Part shown: positions 50,187 to 60,690 of the stretch, piece after piece
Layout: every line of letters starts with the position of its first letter
Position numbering within the stretch: position 1 is the stretch's first letter
NCBI GenBank assembly: GCA_964509835.1
Contig: CAZDZC010000002.1
Span: 4,196-68,195, forward strand
DNA from: an uncultured Acidobacteriota bacterium
Lineage (GTDB): Bacteria; Acidobacteriota; G020349885; CAZDZC01
DNA: 64,000 bases
Direction of reading: 5' to 3'
Notes under the pieces: model-generated
Told to the model about the DNA's origin: nothing
What the model saw: only the letters and a program-made list of their open reading frames with translations
The model's database searches: none
Translations under genes and position numbers: made by a program

Positions 50187-50986
50187 TACTGGACAAGTGT
50201 GCCGTCTCTTTTCGCTTTTCCCAGAGCCCACCTGAAGATCAGCAGGCTCAGCGGGAGAAGGGCTGCGACAAACCCGGCCAGAATTAAAATTTCTTTTGAT
50301 GTTCCATGAAAACCGCATCCGTGGATAAGGGATTTCCTCATCGCATCGAGAGCCCATGTTATGGGAATTGCTTTTGCTATATATTGAAGCCACTCCGGAA
50401 GAATATCCACAGGGAAAAATACCCCTCCCAGCAAGGCTGAAACATTAGTCACCAGAAAATTTACCGGATCGCCCTTCTTCAGCACCATGATGAAACTTGC
50501 AGACAGAATGCCGACAGAACTGAACGCGAGGACTGTAAGCGTTAGAACCAGAAAAAACACAGGGAGCCCCGCAATATTTATTTTCATTCCAAATGCGAAG
50601 ATCCCGAGCAAGAAAGTTATCAACATGCTTATCAGCGCCATGAAAAAGTCCCATCCAGCCCATGAGAATACAATTGTCGGAATTGATGTCGGGGTAATTA
50701 TCATTGCCTCCAGCGTTCCGGTCATCTGCTCGTTTCTTAGCCTTGTCGAGAAACTGCTTGATGCAGTGTTCAGGAATCTCATTGCCGCAATTCCTATCAG
50801 CACGAAAGCAAAATAATCGGCGGGTTTTCCGGAGACAGTCACTTTAACGGCATTTCCAATGAACTTTGCCATGAAATACCATAACAGAACTGTTACAAAA
50901 ATCCCGGCAAACTGCAGGATAAAAGAGGTTTTATAGCTTATTTCACTCTGAAAATCCCGGATGAAGATTGCTCTTAATTTCCCCAT
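50183..50986 (-). CDS. ABC-2 type transporter permease
   Basis: Six TM helices. Start moved to MGKLRAIF, which overlaps the ATPase stop. Confidence 0.7.
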   Translation of the reverse strand: MGKLRAIFIRDFQSEISYKTSFILQFAGIFVTVLLWYFMAKFIGNAVKVTVSGKPADYFAFVLIGIAAMRFLNTASSSFSTRLRNEQMTGTLEAMIITPTSIPTIVFSWAGWDFFMALISMLITFLLGIFAFGMKINIAGLPVFFLVLTLTVLAFSSVGILSASFIMVLKKGDPVNFLVTNVSALLGGVFFPVDILPEWLQYIAKAIPITWALDAMRKSLIHGCGFHGTSKEILILAGFVAALLPLSLLIFRWALGKAKRDGTLVQY

Positions 50987-51750
50987 TTCACGCTTCCGCT
51001 GAAAAGTTCCATGACATTTTCTTCCGGCAATGCCGAGAAATCCCCGGAAGTGCCTTCCCAGCATAAAGTTCCTTTTCTCAGAACTCCGAGTCGGTGACAG
51101 AATCCTTTGGCTTCCTCAAGGTCGTGAGTTGAAATGAAAACAGTAATGCCCGTTTCGTTGTTAAGTCTTTCCAGATGAGTCAAAATACTATGAGATGCGG
51201 ACGGATCAAGGCTTCTGGTAGGCTCATCCAGTAGCAATATTTCCGGATTATGAAGAAGCCCCCTTATTATAGAGAATCTCTGTTTGATGCCGGACGAATA
51301 ATCCCTGAATGTTTTCAGCGCATATTCTTCAAGCCTGAATGTCTCCAGAAGCCTGTTTATCCTTATGCGCGCTTCACTGTCGTTCAGGCCATAAAGTCTT
51401 GCGAAAAACATAAGATTCTGAATTCCTGTCAATCTCCAGTAGAAACTTCTTCCGTCTGAGCTCACAAAACCCAGTGATTTTTTGACACTGTCAGGTTCCC
51501 GGCATATATCGAATCCATTAACGGTAATTTTACCCGAAGTCGGAAGGATTGCGGACGCAATGCTCTTCATTAGGGTTGTTTTGCCTGCCCCGTTTTCACC
51601 TAGAAGACCGAATATGGATCCTTTTTTTATGTTCAGGTTCAGGTTTCTGATTGCGGGAACGGATGTTTTTCGTTTGAAGAATATAACATCCCCGAATGAG
51701 CGCCTTGGCGGATAAATCTTTGTCAGTGCTTCAACGGAAATCGCGTTCAT
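50974..51750 (-). CDS. ABC transporter ATP-binding protein
   Basis: Walker A GENGAGKTT, signature YSSGIKQRF, Walker B LLLDEP. Confidence 0.85.
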   Translation of the reverse strand: MNAISVEALTKIYPPRRSFGDVIFFKRKTSVPAIRNLNLNIKKGSIFGLLGENGAGKTTLMKSIASAILPTSGKITVNGFDICREPDSVKKSLGFVSSDGRSFYWRLTGIQNLMFFARLYGLNDSEARIRINRLLETFRLEEYALKTFRDYSSGIKQRFSIIRGLLHNPEILLLDEPTRSLDPSASHSILTHLERLNNETGITVFISTHDLEEAKGFCHRLGVLRKGTLCWEGTSGDFSALPEENVMELFSGSVKWGN

Positions 51751-52394
51751 CGGAATAATACTCCCAGCGGGCAATTGACGCAATCAGGGTTTGTTTTAAA
51801 GCAGAAAGTTTTCCCGGTGGCGACAATCAGAGCGTGAAATTCATTGTAAAAGGATGCATTACGGGGAAGAGAATGTTCAATATATGTTCTGAGTGCTTCG
51901 TATTTCATCTGATTTACCTTGTGTCCGTGCCGTTCAAGGATCCTGAATGTATAAGCATCAACAACAAAAAACGGTTTCAGGGCGGCGTACAGCAGAATTG
52001 AATCAGCTGTTTCATAACCTATCCCGTTTAACGACAGAAGGCTTTCCCTCAATTTGCCTGAAGGGGTTGAAAGAGCGTTTTCAAGTCTGCCGCCGAAACA
52101 GGAGTATATCATATCCGCGAAATTTTTCAGCGCGGCTGCTTTCATTCGGAAAAACCCCGCCGGTCTGACAGCATTTTGAATTCTTGATAGGTCTGAGTTG
52201 CGAATTTTCTCAAGCGAAAGCAGGTCTGATTCCATAAGTCCTTTCAGGGCTTTTTCCGCATTCTCCCATTTTGTGTTCTGGGTTAGGATTGCGCCGAGAT
52301 AAATCTCCAGAGCTGTTTCGCCGGGCCACCATTTCTGCTCCCCGAAATACGAAAATAGTATTTCGTAAATTTCAATTAGTGGATGCAGTAGCAT
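51747..52394 (-). CDS. HhH-GPD superfamily base-excision DNA glycosylase (endonuclease III-related)
   Basis: WWPGETALEIYLGAILTQNTKW...LNGIGYETADSILLYA (helix-hairpin-helix GPD). Confidence 0.7.
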   Translation of the reverse strand: MLLHPLIEIYEILFSYFGEQKWWPGETALEIYLGAILTQNTKWENAEKALKGLMESDLLSLEKIRNSDLSRIQNAVRPAGFFRMKAAALKNFADMIYSCFGGRLENALSTPSGKLRESLLSLNGIGYETADSILLYAALKPFFVVDAYTFRILERHGHKVNQMKYEALRTYIEHSLPRNASFYNEFHALIVATGKTFCFKTNPDCVNCPLGVLFR

Positions 52395-52397
52395 ATA

Positions 52398-53276
52398 TCA
52401 GAAATAGGGACAAAATTCTATGAGAAAGCCGTTGTTTTTTTCATCATCGGAAAAAAATTCAAGCTGCCCATGCAGTGCTGTTCCCATCTCGAAATCCTCT
52501 TTCCAGTTTATGTAAAAATTCTTTTTTGAATTGAGAGGGTAAACGGTTTTTCCTTTGGCGGTAATTTCAAAATACAGCTTCAGGTCATATATTTCTCTAG
52601 CAAGAAAAGTCAAATTTATTTTTTCCTCGACAAGGGCGACGCTCCCGTCTTTTAAAAGCTGAGGGACAGATTTGCTGTATTCATATCCGACTGGCTTATC
52701 AATGTAGGTTCTGAGTCTGGGTTTTTCGAGAAGATTTCTTGTCCCGTCGTTGATCTGATAAACACTAAGAGTAAATTCAATTTCCTTATTCGGAATGGAC
52801 AGCAGTTCATTAATACCGGTGGGGGTCTTCTCTTCGCAAATCTTTGGGGTCAGCGCAAGAATAATATTGCAGTCTAAATCGGGAATTCTTAAAATTTCAT
52901 AGACCGCTGAGCTGCCCTGACTGACATGTAGTTTCATTTTTCTCCGAAAAGGTTTTTTTTCCGTATCTTCATCCCGAACCGAAAGTGCTGAACTGCTCAA
53001 TTCAAGAATAAATTCATTGTCAATTAAATAAGGCCTGATTTTTGCCGCGAAACTTACATAAGAGTAAACCCCTGATGGAGAAACAATTTCAAACGATTTT
53101 TTTATCAGTCCTGGCCGACCTTGTTTCAGTGTTACAGAATCTTTGGAAAGAGAAAGATCCGCACCCTTGAACAGCGCGACACAGTCTGCTGTGACCGAAA
53201 TTTCCTGTGCTGATACGCTCAAATCCGAAAAAGCTGAAACAGCAAAGATGAAAAGAAATATATGGAGCTTCCTCAT
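52398..53276 (-). CDS. Hypothetical secreted protein
   Basis: Signal peptide. No recognisable domain. Confidence 0.5.
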   Translation of the reverse strand: MRKLHIFLFIFAVSAFSDLSVSAQEISVTADCVALFKGADLSLSKDSVTLKQGRPGLIKKSFEIVSPSGVYSYVSFAAKIRPYLIDNEFILELSSSALSVRDEDTEKKPFRRKMKLHVSQGSSAVYEILRIPDLDCNIILALTPKICEEKTPTGINELLSIPNKEIEFTLSVYQINDGTRNLLEKPRLRTYIDKPVGYEYSKSVPQLLKDGSVALVEEKINLTFLAREIYDLKLYFEITAKGKTVYPLNSKKNFYINWKEDFEMGTALHGQLEFFSDDEKNNGFLIEFCPYF

Positions 53277-53287
53277 TGTGGAATATT

Positions 53288-53629
53288 TCAGGAAAGCATA
53301 TTTCTGAGTTTTTCCCTGGTCTCCGGCTTCATGTTTGTGAAAAACATTGCCACATGGTAGTCATCCGCTCCCCTCCTGTTAGGCTCAATTCTGACAACGA
53401 TGGCTTCAGCTTCCAGCCAATCCGGTCTTTTGACGCTCCGGGAATCAATTCTTATTCTTAAAGCGAGCTTAGTCATTTCGGGGATGTAGTGATTGACATG
53501 GCAGTAAGCTCCTCCGAGACTTATATTTGCGGTCCTCATTTCTATTTCGGTGTCCCCGTGGAGTGACACAATCGGAAGAACAACCGGGAATCTCTGGTGT
53601 TCCCTTCTTTCATCTGCGCGATCATTCAT
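53288..53629 (-). CDS. PilZ-domain protein
   Basis: EHQRFPVVLPI (RxxxR-like) and DxSxGG (NISLGGAY). Confidence 0.6.
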   Translation of the reverse strand: MNDRADERREHQRFPVVLPIVSLHGDTEIEMRTANISLGGAYCHVNHYIPEMTKLALRIRIDSRSVKRPDWLEAEAIVVRIEPNRRGADDYHVAMFFTNMKPETREKLRNMLS

Positions 53630-53644
53630 GATATTTCTCCGGTT

Positions 53645-54343
53645 CTATGCTTTTCTTATAACTCCGTTTGACAGAAGCAGGAAAAGATGTTTGCAGGCAA
53701 CCATCGCAGGAATGCTAACTGAATTACATATAGTTTTTACTGATGTTTTTTCATTTACAAATGCAAGAAGTTCCTGTTCAACAGGTTCAGGATGGAACCC
53801 GTTAATTATTTTTTCAAAATCCTTGTTAATACTGAGGTTGGAATTCATATTTCCAATTCCCCTCAGAATAAGGCGTGGATCGTTCAATCCGTTGATCCCC
53901 TCTCTTACAATATCGGACATTTTGATTTTAAGCCTGATAAAATCAATGTTTTTCTCGATTCCCTCAGTGAAGCAGAACCCACCACTGTCAAATTTAAAGG
54001 CGTCAACAAGGATGTTTCTGACCTGTTCTTTCACACACCAAACGAGATCATCAGGCATGATCAATCCAAGGTTGACCAAGGTTGTTCCGAACTTTTCTCC
54101 TTCCTTCTGTGATTTCAATGCTTTTTCAAGTTCTTTCGGAGTGATTTTCTTCGCCCTGAGCAGTACTTGGCCGAATCTGTCTTTTTCAAATGTTGAAAAA
54201 GCGAAAACCACTTCACCTTTCTCGAAAAATATTATTTTCTCCCCTTTGTCCAGGTTCAGAGCAAGCGTTCCGGTCAGATTATTACGGTTAAGATCGTAAA
54301 ATATTTCGGGTAATGTTATTTTTTCGAGGCTGCCTTTAATCAT
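53645..54343 (-). CDS. DUF4388 domain protein
   Basis: N-terminal GSLEKITLPEIFYDLNRNNLTGTL is the DUF4388 signature. Confidence 0.55.
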   Translation of the reverse strand: MIKGSLEKITLPEIFYDLNRNNLTGTLALNLDKGEKIIFFEKGEVVFAFSTFEKDRFGQVLLRAKKITPKELEKALKSQKEGEKFGTTLVNLGLIMPDDLVWCVKEQVRNILVDAFKFDSGGFCFTEGIEKNIDFIRLKIKMSDIVREGINGLNDPRLILRGIGNMNSNLSINKDFEKIINGFHPEPVEQELLAFVNEKTSVKTICNSVSIPAMVACKHLFLLLSNGVIRKA

Positions 54344-54536
54344 TAAAACACTTTCAACATAAACTGCATGATAGTTTAGAGAGCCATTTAAGTCAAGAAT
54401 TATGACTCCGAGAGGTATTTTTCGAAAAATTGAAAATTAAATTTAGACGAAACCGTCAATTTATCCGTAGAAATGGTCAGGAAGGGCAGAAATTGAAGAT
54501 TACGCAAACAAGGAAATTAAATGAGCCAAAAACTTC

Positions 54537-54566
54537 TTGACACAACTTTTTTCGCTATGCTAATAT
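54537..54566 (+). promoter_or_regulatory. Promoter for the exbB operon, TTGACA-17-TGcTAATAT
   Basis: TTGACA lies at 54537-54542 and TAATAT at 54561-54566. Confidence 0.45.
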
Positions 54567-54650
54567 TCTCGGTCTTGTAATTGTGAAGTATCTAGTGAGA
54601 GTATTTTTATGGAACATTTGGTCTAACGGATTGAATCAGGAGGATACACA

Positions 54651-55409
54651 GTGAAAACTATTCGACAGTTATTACGGAACCGCTTTACTGCTGCGGGAGC
54701 ATTCGTCATGCTGATATGTTGCAGTTCATTTGCGCAGGAAGCCGCAGAGACTGCTACAAAAAAATCGCAGGGTATTTTTGGTCAGATTCTGGGCTACTAT
54801 AAAGATGGTGGATTTGTTATGCACCCGATTCTCCTGTGCTCAATTATTGCGATGGTTATTATGCTTGAGAGAGGCTGGCGGGTTTTCAAGTCAAAAACCG
54901 ATATCAACAAATTAATGGGAGAAGTAAGAAGCGCATTATTGAAGAAAGATATTAAGTCGGCAGTAGCTATCTGCGACAAGTACAACGGACCTGTTCCGAG
55001 AATTGTTAAAGCAGGACTTCTGAAATTCGGCCAACCTTCAGAGGAAATTGAAAAAGCAATTGAAGGAAAGGCGGTACATGAAATAGCAGGGATGGAAAAA
55101 TTCCTTCCGGTGCTTGCTCTTATGACCAATATTGCTCCTATTCTCGGTTTTCTTGGGACAGTTGTTGGAATGATTCAATCGTTTGATGTTATTCAGCAAC
55201 AGGGTCTGAATGATCCCGGTGCGGTTGCGGGAGGTATTTCTGTTGCGCTGATTACAACAGCAGCTGGTCTTATGGTTGCGGTTGCCGTTCTTCCTGCATA
55301 TAACTACTTTATGACGAATGTTACCAAGACAATCCGTGAGATGGAATCATGCAGCGCTGTACTTCTTGAGACCTACAATGAAATAAGAAGAACAGGAACC
55401 GGAGCGTAA
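54651..55409 (+). CDS. exbB: MotA/TolQ/ExbB proton-channel protein
   Basis: GTG start with a CAGGAGGA RBS. Three-TM MotA_ExbB core (LGFLGTVVGMIQSF). Confidence 0.85.
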   Translation: MKTIRQLLRNRFTAAGAFVMLICCSSFAQEAAETATKKSQGIFGQILGYYKDGGFVMHPILLCSIIAMVIMLERGWRVFKSKTDINKLMGEVRSALLKKDIKSAVAICDKYNGPVPRIVKAGLLKFGQPSEEIEKAIEGKAVHEIAGMEKFLPVLALMTNIAPILGFLGTVVGMIQSFDVIQQQGLNDPGAVAGGISVALITTAAGLMVAVAVLPAYNYFMTNVTKTIREMESCSAVLLETYNEIRRTGTGA

Positions 55410-55415
55410 AACAAA

Positions 55416-55835
55416 ATGAAGATGAAGAGCAGACAGATTAAATCAAATATCCCAACCTGTTCAATGGCGGATATAGCGTTTCTGCTTATTGTGTTCTTCA
55501 TGGTAACAACAACTTTTACAGTGGATAAAACTGATATCAAACTGCCTCAGTCAAATTTGAGGCTGGAAGTCCCCAGAAATACTGCGTACATTGTGCTAAC
55601 GGGAGAAGAAGGGTTTATTAAATGGTCTGCCGGTGAAGATATTAGTGAAGATCATCCTTTGGACGATTTGTACTTTCTTGTTGGAAACGAGTTAAGCTTG
55701 AATTCCAACAAGTATTTCGTGATAAAAGCAGATAAGGATACCCCTTATAAACAGGTTGATAAGGTTCTTGAAATTCTTAAGGAAAGTTATGCGAAGAACA
55801 TTTATCTGCTTACCCAGCAGGAGACTGTATCATGA
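55416..55835 (+). CDS. exbD: ExbD/TolR biopolymer transport protein (copy 1)
   Basis: MADIAFLLIVFFMVTTTF N-terminal TM motif. Confidence 0.8.
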   Translation: MKMKSRQIKSNIPTCSMADIAFLLIVFFMVTTTFTVDKTDIKLPQSNLRLEVPRNTAYIVLTGEEGFIKWSAGEDISEDHPLDDLYFLVGNELSLNSNKYFVIKADKDTPYKQVDKVLEILKESYAKNIYLLTQQETVS

Positions 55836-56302
55836 AAATAGAACGCAAACAGGAAGAGGTTGAGATACCGTCCGCGTCAATGGCGGACATAGCCTTTCTG
55901 CTGATAGTTTTCTTTATGGTTACTACAGCATTTGCAGCAACTAAGGGGATAGACTTTCTGCTTCCTCCCCAGCAGGACATCCCTAAGGACATAGAACCTG
56001 AGGAGGCTGTCCATATAAAGGTTATGGCTGACACAAGTATATTGGTAGATGGTGAGTTTATGGAAATCGAAGATATCCTGAACTATCTGAAGCCTAAACT
56101 TGAAAGAAATCCTGAGAAACCAATTATGCTTCAAACTCAAATGGATGCTCCCTATTACAGAATGGTTGATGTACTTGATGAACTCAAAAAGGTTAGCGAA
56201 CCGATAGAGGAAGGGGGTCTGGGTATCCCGATGAAGAACCTGTCCATTCCTACTCAGAAAGAGATACGCCAGCTGGAGGAAGTTCTGGGAACAGAGTTAT
56301 AG
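55832..56302 (+). CDS. exbD: ExbD/TolR biopolymer transport protein (copy 2)
   Basis: SASMADIAFLLIVFFMVTTAF. ATGA overlap. Confidence 0.8.
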   Translation: MKIERKQEEVEIPSASMADIAFLLIVFFMVTTAFAATKGIDFLLPPQQDIPKDIEPEEAVHIKVMADTSILVDGEFMEIEDILNYLKPKLERNPEKPIMLQTQMDAPYYRMVDVLDELKKVSEPIEEGGLGIPMKNLSIPTQKEIRQLEEVLGTEL

Positions 56303-56318
56303 CGGAGAATATGCTGAT

Positions 56319-57014
56319 ATGACAGAAAACACAGTAAGACAGACAGCTCCGATTAATCCAATCAAGGTTATTGATCAGGATTATGACGAAAATAAAGTTC
56401 TGAGTTACTGCCTGATAATTGCGATTATATTCCATGCAATCCTGTTTTTTATACACTTTCCGGATTTTTCCGATGTGATTAAAGCAAAGGAAAAACCGAA
56501 AATTTATAAAGTAGCAGATTTTAAGCCGTTGCCTCCACCGAAGGTAAAGCCTAAAAAAATCACAGATCAGAAAGTAACAAAAGTAAAAGTAGCGGTTCCG
56601 GATCCGACTCCCGAAGAACCGGAGCCAATCCGGGAACCTGAACCTGAGCCAGAGATAATTATTCCGGATGATGTTGAGATTGTTTTTGGTGCTCCCGAAG
56701 GCCCACCCGCTCCGGAAGGGCCGGTAAGAGCCGGCGTCGGCGGGGCCTCGAAGCCCGTTAAAACAGTCCATGTTCAGCCTGAATACCCGGAGATCGCTAA
56801 GAGGGCTAAGTTCCAGGGAATAGTTTTTCTTGATCTCCTGATAGATGAGAACGGAAATGTCACAGATCACAAGGTGGTTCGCGGTGCACCGATGGGTCTT
56901 GAAGAAGCCGCTGTTGCAGCAGCTCTTCAATGGAAATTCAGCCCGGCAATAATGAACGGGGTTCCGGTAAGTGTTTGGTATCAGGTGACGGTTAACTTCC
57001 AGCTTGACCAATAA
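56319..57014 (+). CDS. tonB: TonB-family energy transducer
   Basis: TM anchor, Pro/Glu/Lys-rich spacer (PPPKVKPKK...PEEPEPIREPEPEPE), and a C-terminal TonB_C domain. Confidence 0.7.
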   Translation: MTENTVRQTAPINPIKVIDQDYDENKVLSYCLIIAIIFHAILFFIHFPDFSDVIKAKEKPKIYKVADFKPLPPPKVKPKKITDQKVTKVKVAVPDPTPEEPEPIREPEPEPEIIIPDDVEIVFGAPEGPPAPEGPVRAGVGGASKPVKTVHVQPEYPEIAKRAKFQGIVFLDLLIDENGNVTDHKVVRGAPMGLEEAAVAAALQWKFSPAIMNGVPVSVWYQVTVNFQLDQ

Positions 57015-57068
57015 TAGCATTTATGCTTTTTCCATTATGTTCGGCTTCAACGGAAAGGTTGGTATGAG

Positions 57069-57611
57069 ATGTCTTTTCAGGGACTGCTGTCAGAAATTCA
57101 ATTTGCGGATTTGATCCAGCTTATGTGCAGTTCTTCGAAGACAGGTGTTTTCAATCTTAACAGGGAACACGAAAAAGCTTCAATTTATCTTTTCTGTGGG
57201 AAGGTTGTCCACGCCCGGACAGGGGAACTTTCAGGAGAATCTGCCGTATATTATGTTGCAACATGGCTCTCGGGAAGTTTTAATTTTGAACCTGGTGTTA
57301 CATGCGACCAAAAGACTGTAAATTCTGATTATATGAACCTTTTGATGGAAGCTGCAAGACGGCAGGACGAATGGGGGGTTATACGAGGTAAAATTCCTGA
57401 TGACAATGGTGTGCCGGACTTTGCCATACAGGACGGAAACTCGGAAGAGGTAGCGTTGAACACCCATGAGTGGACTATCCTGTCAAAAATCAACGGAAAA
57501 AGAACGATTAAAGAAATAGCAGATGAAAGCAACAGAGATGTTTTTGAGGTTTCCAAGGTCATTTACGGATTGCTTTCCAACAAACTGATAGAGTTGAAGG
57601 TTTACACCTAA
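57069..57611 (+). CDS. DUF4388 domain protein
   Basis: GLLSEIQFADLIQLMCSSSKTGVF. Confidence 0.5.
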   Translation: MSFQGLLSEIQFADLIQLMCSSSKTGVFNLNREHEKASIYLFCGKVVHARTGELSGESAVYYVATWLSGSFNFEPGVTCDQKTVNSDYMNLLMEAARRQDEWGVIRGKIPDDNGVPDFAIQDGNSEEVALNTHEWTILSKINGKRTIKEIADESNRDVFEVSKVIYGLLSNKLIELKVYT

Positions 57612-57623
57612 AGGAGAAGAATC

Positions 57624-59042
57624 ATGAAATACCCCCGAATGTTAGCGTTGGCTATGATTTTTATAGTTTCTGCGGGAACAGTTTTTACTCAGGAAAACTA
57701 TCAGGAAGTACAGCTCAACTACAATGAAGGCATGAAAAACTTTAAACAGAAGAACTACGCCATGGCGATTGAACACTTTAAGGCACTTACTGAACTAAGA
57801 CCAAATTATGACTATGCTTATTTTATGATCGGTCTTTCATACATGGTTCAGAAAAAATTTGATGAAGCGCTTAAGAATTTTAATCTTGCCGTTGAGAACG
57901 GTAAAAACGATTTTGATGTATGGTCAAATATTGCCAACATACATTTCTACAAGAAAAATTACGCTCAAGCAGCCAAAGAACTAAGCAAACTTGATCCCGC
58001 AAAACTTGACGATCCGAGCAAACAGAAATACTACGCGTTAAGGGGGAAGCTTTTTTATGTGAATAAAGATTTTGCTTCAGCCATCCCGGATCTTCAAAAA
58101 TCAGTAGCCATGGCAAAAGATCCCGGGGTGTACCTTATGCTGGGCACATCCCAGTATTACGAAGGGGACTATAAGGGAGCCATATCATCACTCAAGAATG
58201 CCGGTGACAGCGAGACAGCATTGGAGTTGTCGGTAAAAAGCAATATTGATCTGGCGAAACAAACAGATTCAGCGTCAGAAAAGAGCAATTACTACAATGC
58301 CGCTGTTAGCAGCGCACAAAAACTCATAGCTAAAAAACCTGGTGATTTTGAAGCAAACTCTCTCCATGCACAGGCTCTTCTCGGGGCAAAGAAGTACACG
58401 GAAGCTGTCTCGTCCTTCAATAAAGCTTTGGGATTAAAAGCCGGTGATTGTCTTACTGTCTTTAATCTCGGCATGGCTTATCAAGGTTCCGGAAACTGGA
58501 ACAGCGCCTTGGAGAACTATCTGAAAGCGACAAAATGCATGTCTGCAGACAATACGGTATGGTATTTTACTGGTTGGGCTTACGAAAACCTCGGCCAGCT
58601 TGAGAATGCAAAGGCTGCATACGAAAAATCGGATTCATTGAAGAGGGGCAGCCGCTCAGCGGATATAGGCAGAATAACAGCGAAAATTGAGAACAAGAAT
58701 ATTGATAAGGAAACTGCGGAAATTGAAAGTCAAAACAAAGCTGCCGAGGATCAAAGAAAGAGAATTTTTGCAGCTATTAAGTTCAGCGCCGAGGATATGA
58801 AGATAGAGGGTGGATTTGTGCATATTTTCGGCAGAGTGCATAACAACAGCGAAGCAAGCCCTGTTGAAATTTCAGTTAAGCTCGAGGTATTTGATTCAGC
58901 TAATAAGATTCTCAGTACAAAAAGACTTAAACAGACTGTCAACAAAGGCGATTCTAAATCTGTCGAGCAGAGCCTTAAGGAGAGTTCCCTTACCGGCAAG
59001 GTTGCAAGTTTTAAGTTTTCTGTAGAGGATATAGCTTACTGA
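57624..59042 (+). CDS. Secreted TPR-repeat protein
   Basis: Signal peptide and multiple TPR-like repeats. Confidence 0.7.
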   Translation: MKYPRMLALAMIFIVSAGTVFTQENYQEVQLNYNEGMKNFKQKNYAMAIEHFKALTELRPNYDYAYFMIGLSYMVQKKFDEALKNFNLAVENGKNDFDVWSNIANIHFYKKNYAQAAKELSKLDPAKLDDPSKQKYYALRGKLFYVNKDFASAIPDLQKSVAMAKDPGVYLMLGTSQYYEGDYKGAISSLKNAGDSETALELSVKSNIDLAKQTDSASEKSNYYNAAVSSAQKLIAKKPGDFEANSLHAQALLGAKKYTEAVSSFNKALGLKAGDCLTVFNLGMAYQGSGNWNSALENYLKATKCMSADNTVWYFTGWAYENLGQLENAKAAYEKSDSLKRGSRSADIGRITAKIENKNIDKETAEIESQNKAAEDQRKRIFAAIKFSAEDMKIEGGFVHIFGRVHNNSEASPVEISVKLEVFDSANKILSTKRLKQTVNKGDSKSVEQSLKESSLTGKVASFKFSVEDIAY

Positions 59043-59066
59043 TAAGATTAAAAATTTCAGATTGAA

Positions 59067-59099
59067 TGGAGAAAGGAAATGTCTTTCTCCATTTTTTTT
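59067..59099 (+). terminator. Rho-independent terminator
   Basis: tggagaaag-gaaatgt-ctttctcca stem followed by eight T. Confidence 0.75.
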
Positions 59100-59148
59100 A
59101 TAGTAATACATGCGTTTAAGCGATATCTGAGAGAGAATGAAAAAGCTG

Positions 59149-59177
59149 TTGACATAGCGATTCCTGTTGGCTAGAAT
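59149..59177 (+). promoter_or_regulatory. nuo operon promoter, TTGACA-17-TAGAAT (TGGCTAGAAT)
   Basis: Same extended -10 flavour as the TIGR02145 promoters. Confidence 0.5.
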
Positions 59178-59240
59178 GGCTCCTTTAAGGGTTTCTGCAG
59201 GCGCTCTTTTTTTTAATTTAAAAATTGTGAAAACTATCAC

Positions 59241-59621
59241 ATGACTGATTTAAGCTATCTCATCCCCGTTCTTATTATTTTTATGTTTGCACTTGTTTTT
59301 GCGGGAGGAATTATTATCGCATCGACACTTCTTGGCCCAAGGAACCCTCAACGCAGCAAGCTTACAACATACGAATGCGGAATGCCTCTTCTTGATTTTG
59401 CAAGAAAAAGATTGTCAGTAAAGTATTTTGTTATAGCAGCCATATTCATTGTATTTGATCTGGAAGTTGCGTTTCTTTATCCATGGGCGATTATGTTCAG
59501 AAAGTTTGAGAGTGCCGGTGTATCAATGATTTTTGCGCTGGGAGAGATGCTGATATTTCTGGGTATTCTGTTTCTCGGCTGGCTTTATCTCTGGAGAAAA
59601 GGAGCCTTGGATTGGGATTAA
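59241..59621 (+). CDS. nuoA: NADH-quinone oxidoreductase subunit A
   Basis: Three TM helices. 126 aa. Confidence 0.85.
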   Translation: MTDLSYLIPVLIIFMFALVFAGGIIIASTLLGPRNPQRSKLTTYECGMPLLDFARKRLSVKYFVIAAIFIVFDLEVAFLYPWAIMFRKFESAGVSMIFALGEMLIFLGILFLGWLYLWRKGALDWD

Positions 59622-60214
59622 TTAAAAACGACAGTTATTTGCTGAATAATTTCTTTACAACCAGGGTAGATGCGTTTATCAACTGGGGAAGAAAAAATTC
59701 GGTCTGGCCGATGCCTATGGGGTTGTCGTGCTGCGCTATTGAAATGATGGCGATGGTGGCTTCCCGATATGATCTTGCGCGGTTCGGTGCGGAGGCTTTG
59801 AGATTTTCACCCAGACAGGCGGATCTTCTTCTTGTTGCAGGAACTCTTACCAGGAAAATGGCTCCCGCTGCAGTGACTGTTTATAACCAGATGCCAGAAC
59901 CGAAATGGGTGCTCGCAATGGGAGCATGTCTTGTTTCCGGCGGAATGTTTGACAGCTACAGCGTTGTTCAGGGACTTGACGATGTTATTCCTGTGGATGT
60001 CTATGTTCCCGGATGCCCTCCGAGGCCGGAGTCTGTTATTTACGCAGTAATGAAGATCCAGTCGCTGATTGAAAAGGAAAGTCCGCTCAAGCAGATGCTC
60101 GCTGAGGAACCTGCAAATCCTGTGAAACGGTTTATTGACAAGCAGTTTGAAAACAGATTGGATAAAAGATGGCACCGTTCTCCCAAAGGCGGTCAGGTGG
60201 AATACGATATATGA
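59612..60214 (+). CDS. nuoB: NADH-quinone oxidoreductase subunit B
   Basis: [16 protein letters not shown]. Confidence 0.9.
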   Translation: MGLIKNDSYLLNNFFTTRVDAFINWGRKNSVWPMPMGLSCCAIEMMAMVASRYDLARFGAEALRFSPRQADLLLVAGTLTRKMAPAAVTVYNQMPEPKWVLAMGACLVSGGMFDSYSVVQGLDDVIPVDVYVPGCPPRPESVIYAVMKIQSLIEKESPLKQMLAEEPANPVKRFIDKQFENRLDKRWHRSPKGGQVEYDI

Positions 60215-60690
60215 CAGACAAGAGATGGGATTTTTCCCATATAGAAGAAAAAATGCCGGATATCGTGAAGGGAAAAGGCTCCTCCGCTGGTTTTGAATGG
60301 ATAAAAGTGCTTCCCGGAGATCTTCTTCGGATATGCAGAAGTCTTAAGGAAGCAGGCTACGATCTTCTTGTTGATATATCATCTGTGGATATGAGCGTCA
60401 AGGGCATCACCCCAAGATTTACGGTTATTTACAATCTTTTCTCCCTCAATAAAAAAACAAGGCTTATTATAAAGACCGATATAGCGGAAAATGAGGCGGC
60501 ACCGTCCGTGACTCAGATATGGCAGGGGGCCGACTGGATGGAGAGAGAGGTTTATGATCTTATGGGAGTGAATTTCTCGGGTCATCCGAATCTTGAAAGG
60601 ATACTCACATACGAAGGGATCCCGGGGCATCCGTTGAGAAAGGATTTCCCTCTGAGAGCTAGAAATGTGCCATGGGTAAGACCGGAATGA
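60211..60690 (+). CDS. nuoC: NADH-quinone oxidoreductase subunit C
   Basis: ATGA overlap with nuoB. NuoC-like length and motifs. Confidence 0.8.
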   Translation: MTDKRWDFSHIEEKMPDIVKGKGSSAGFEWIKVLPGDLLRICRSLKEAGYDLLVDISSVDMSVKGITPRFTVIYNLFSLNKKTRLIIKTDIAENEAAPSVTQIWQGADWMEREVYDLMGVNFSGHPNLERILTYEGIPGHPLRKDFPLRARNVPWVRPE

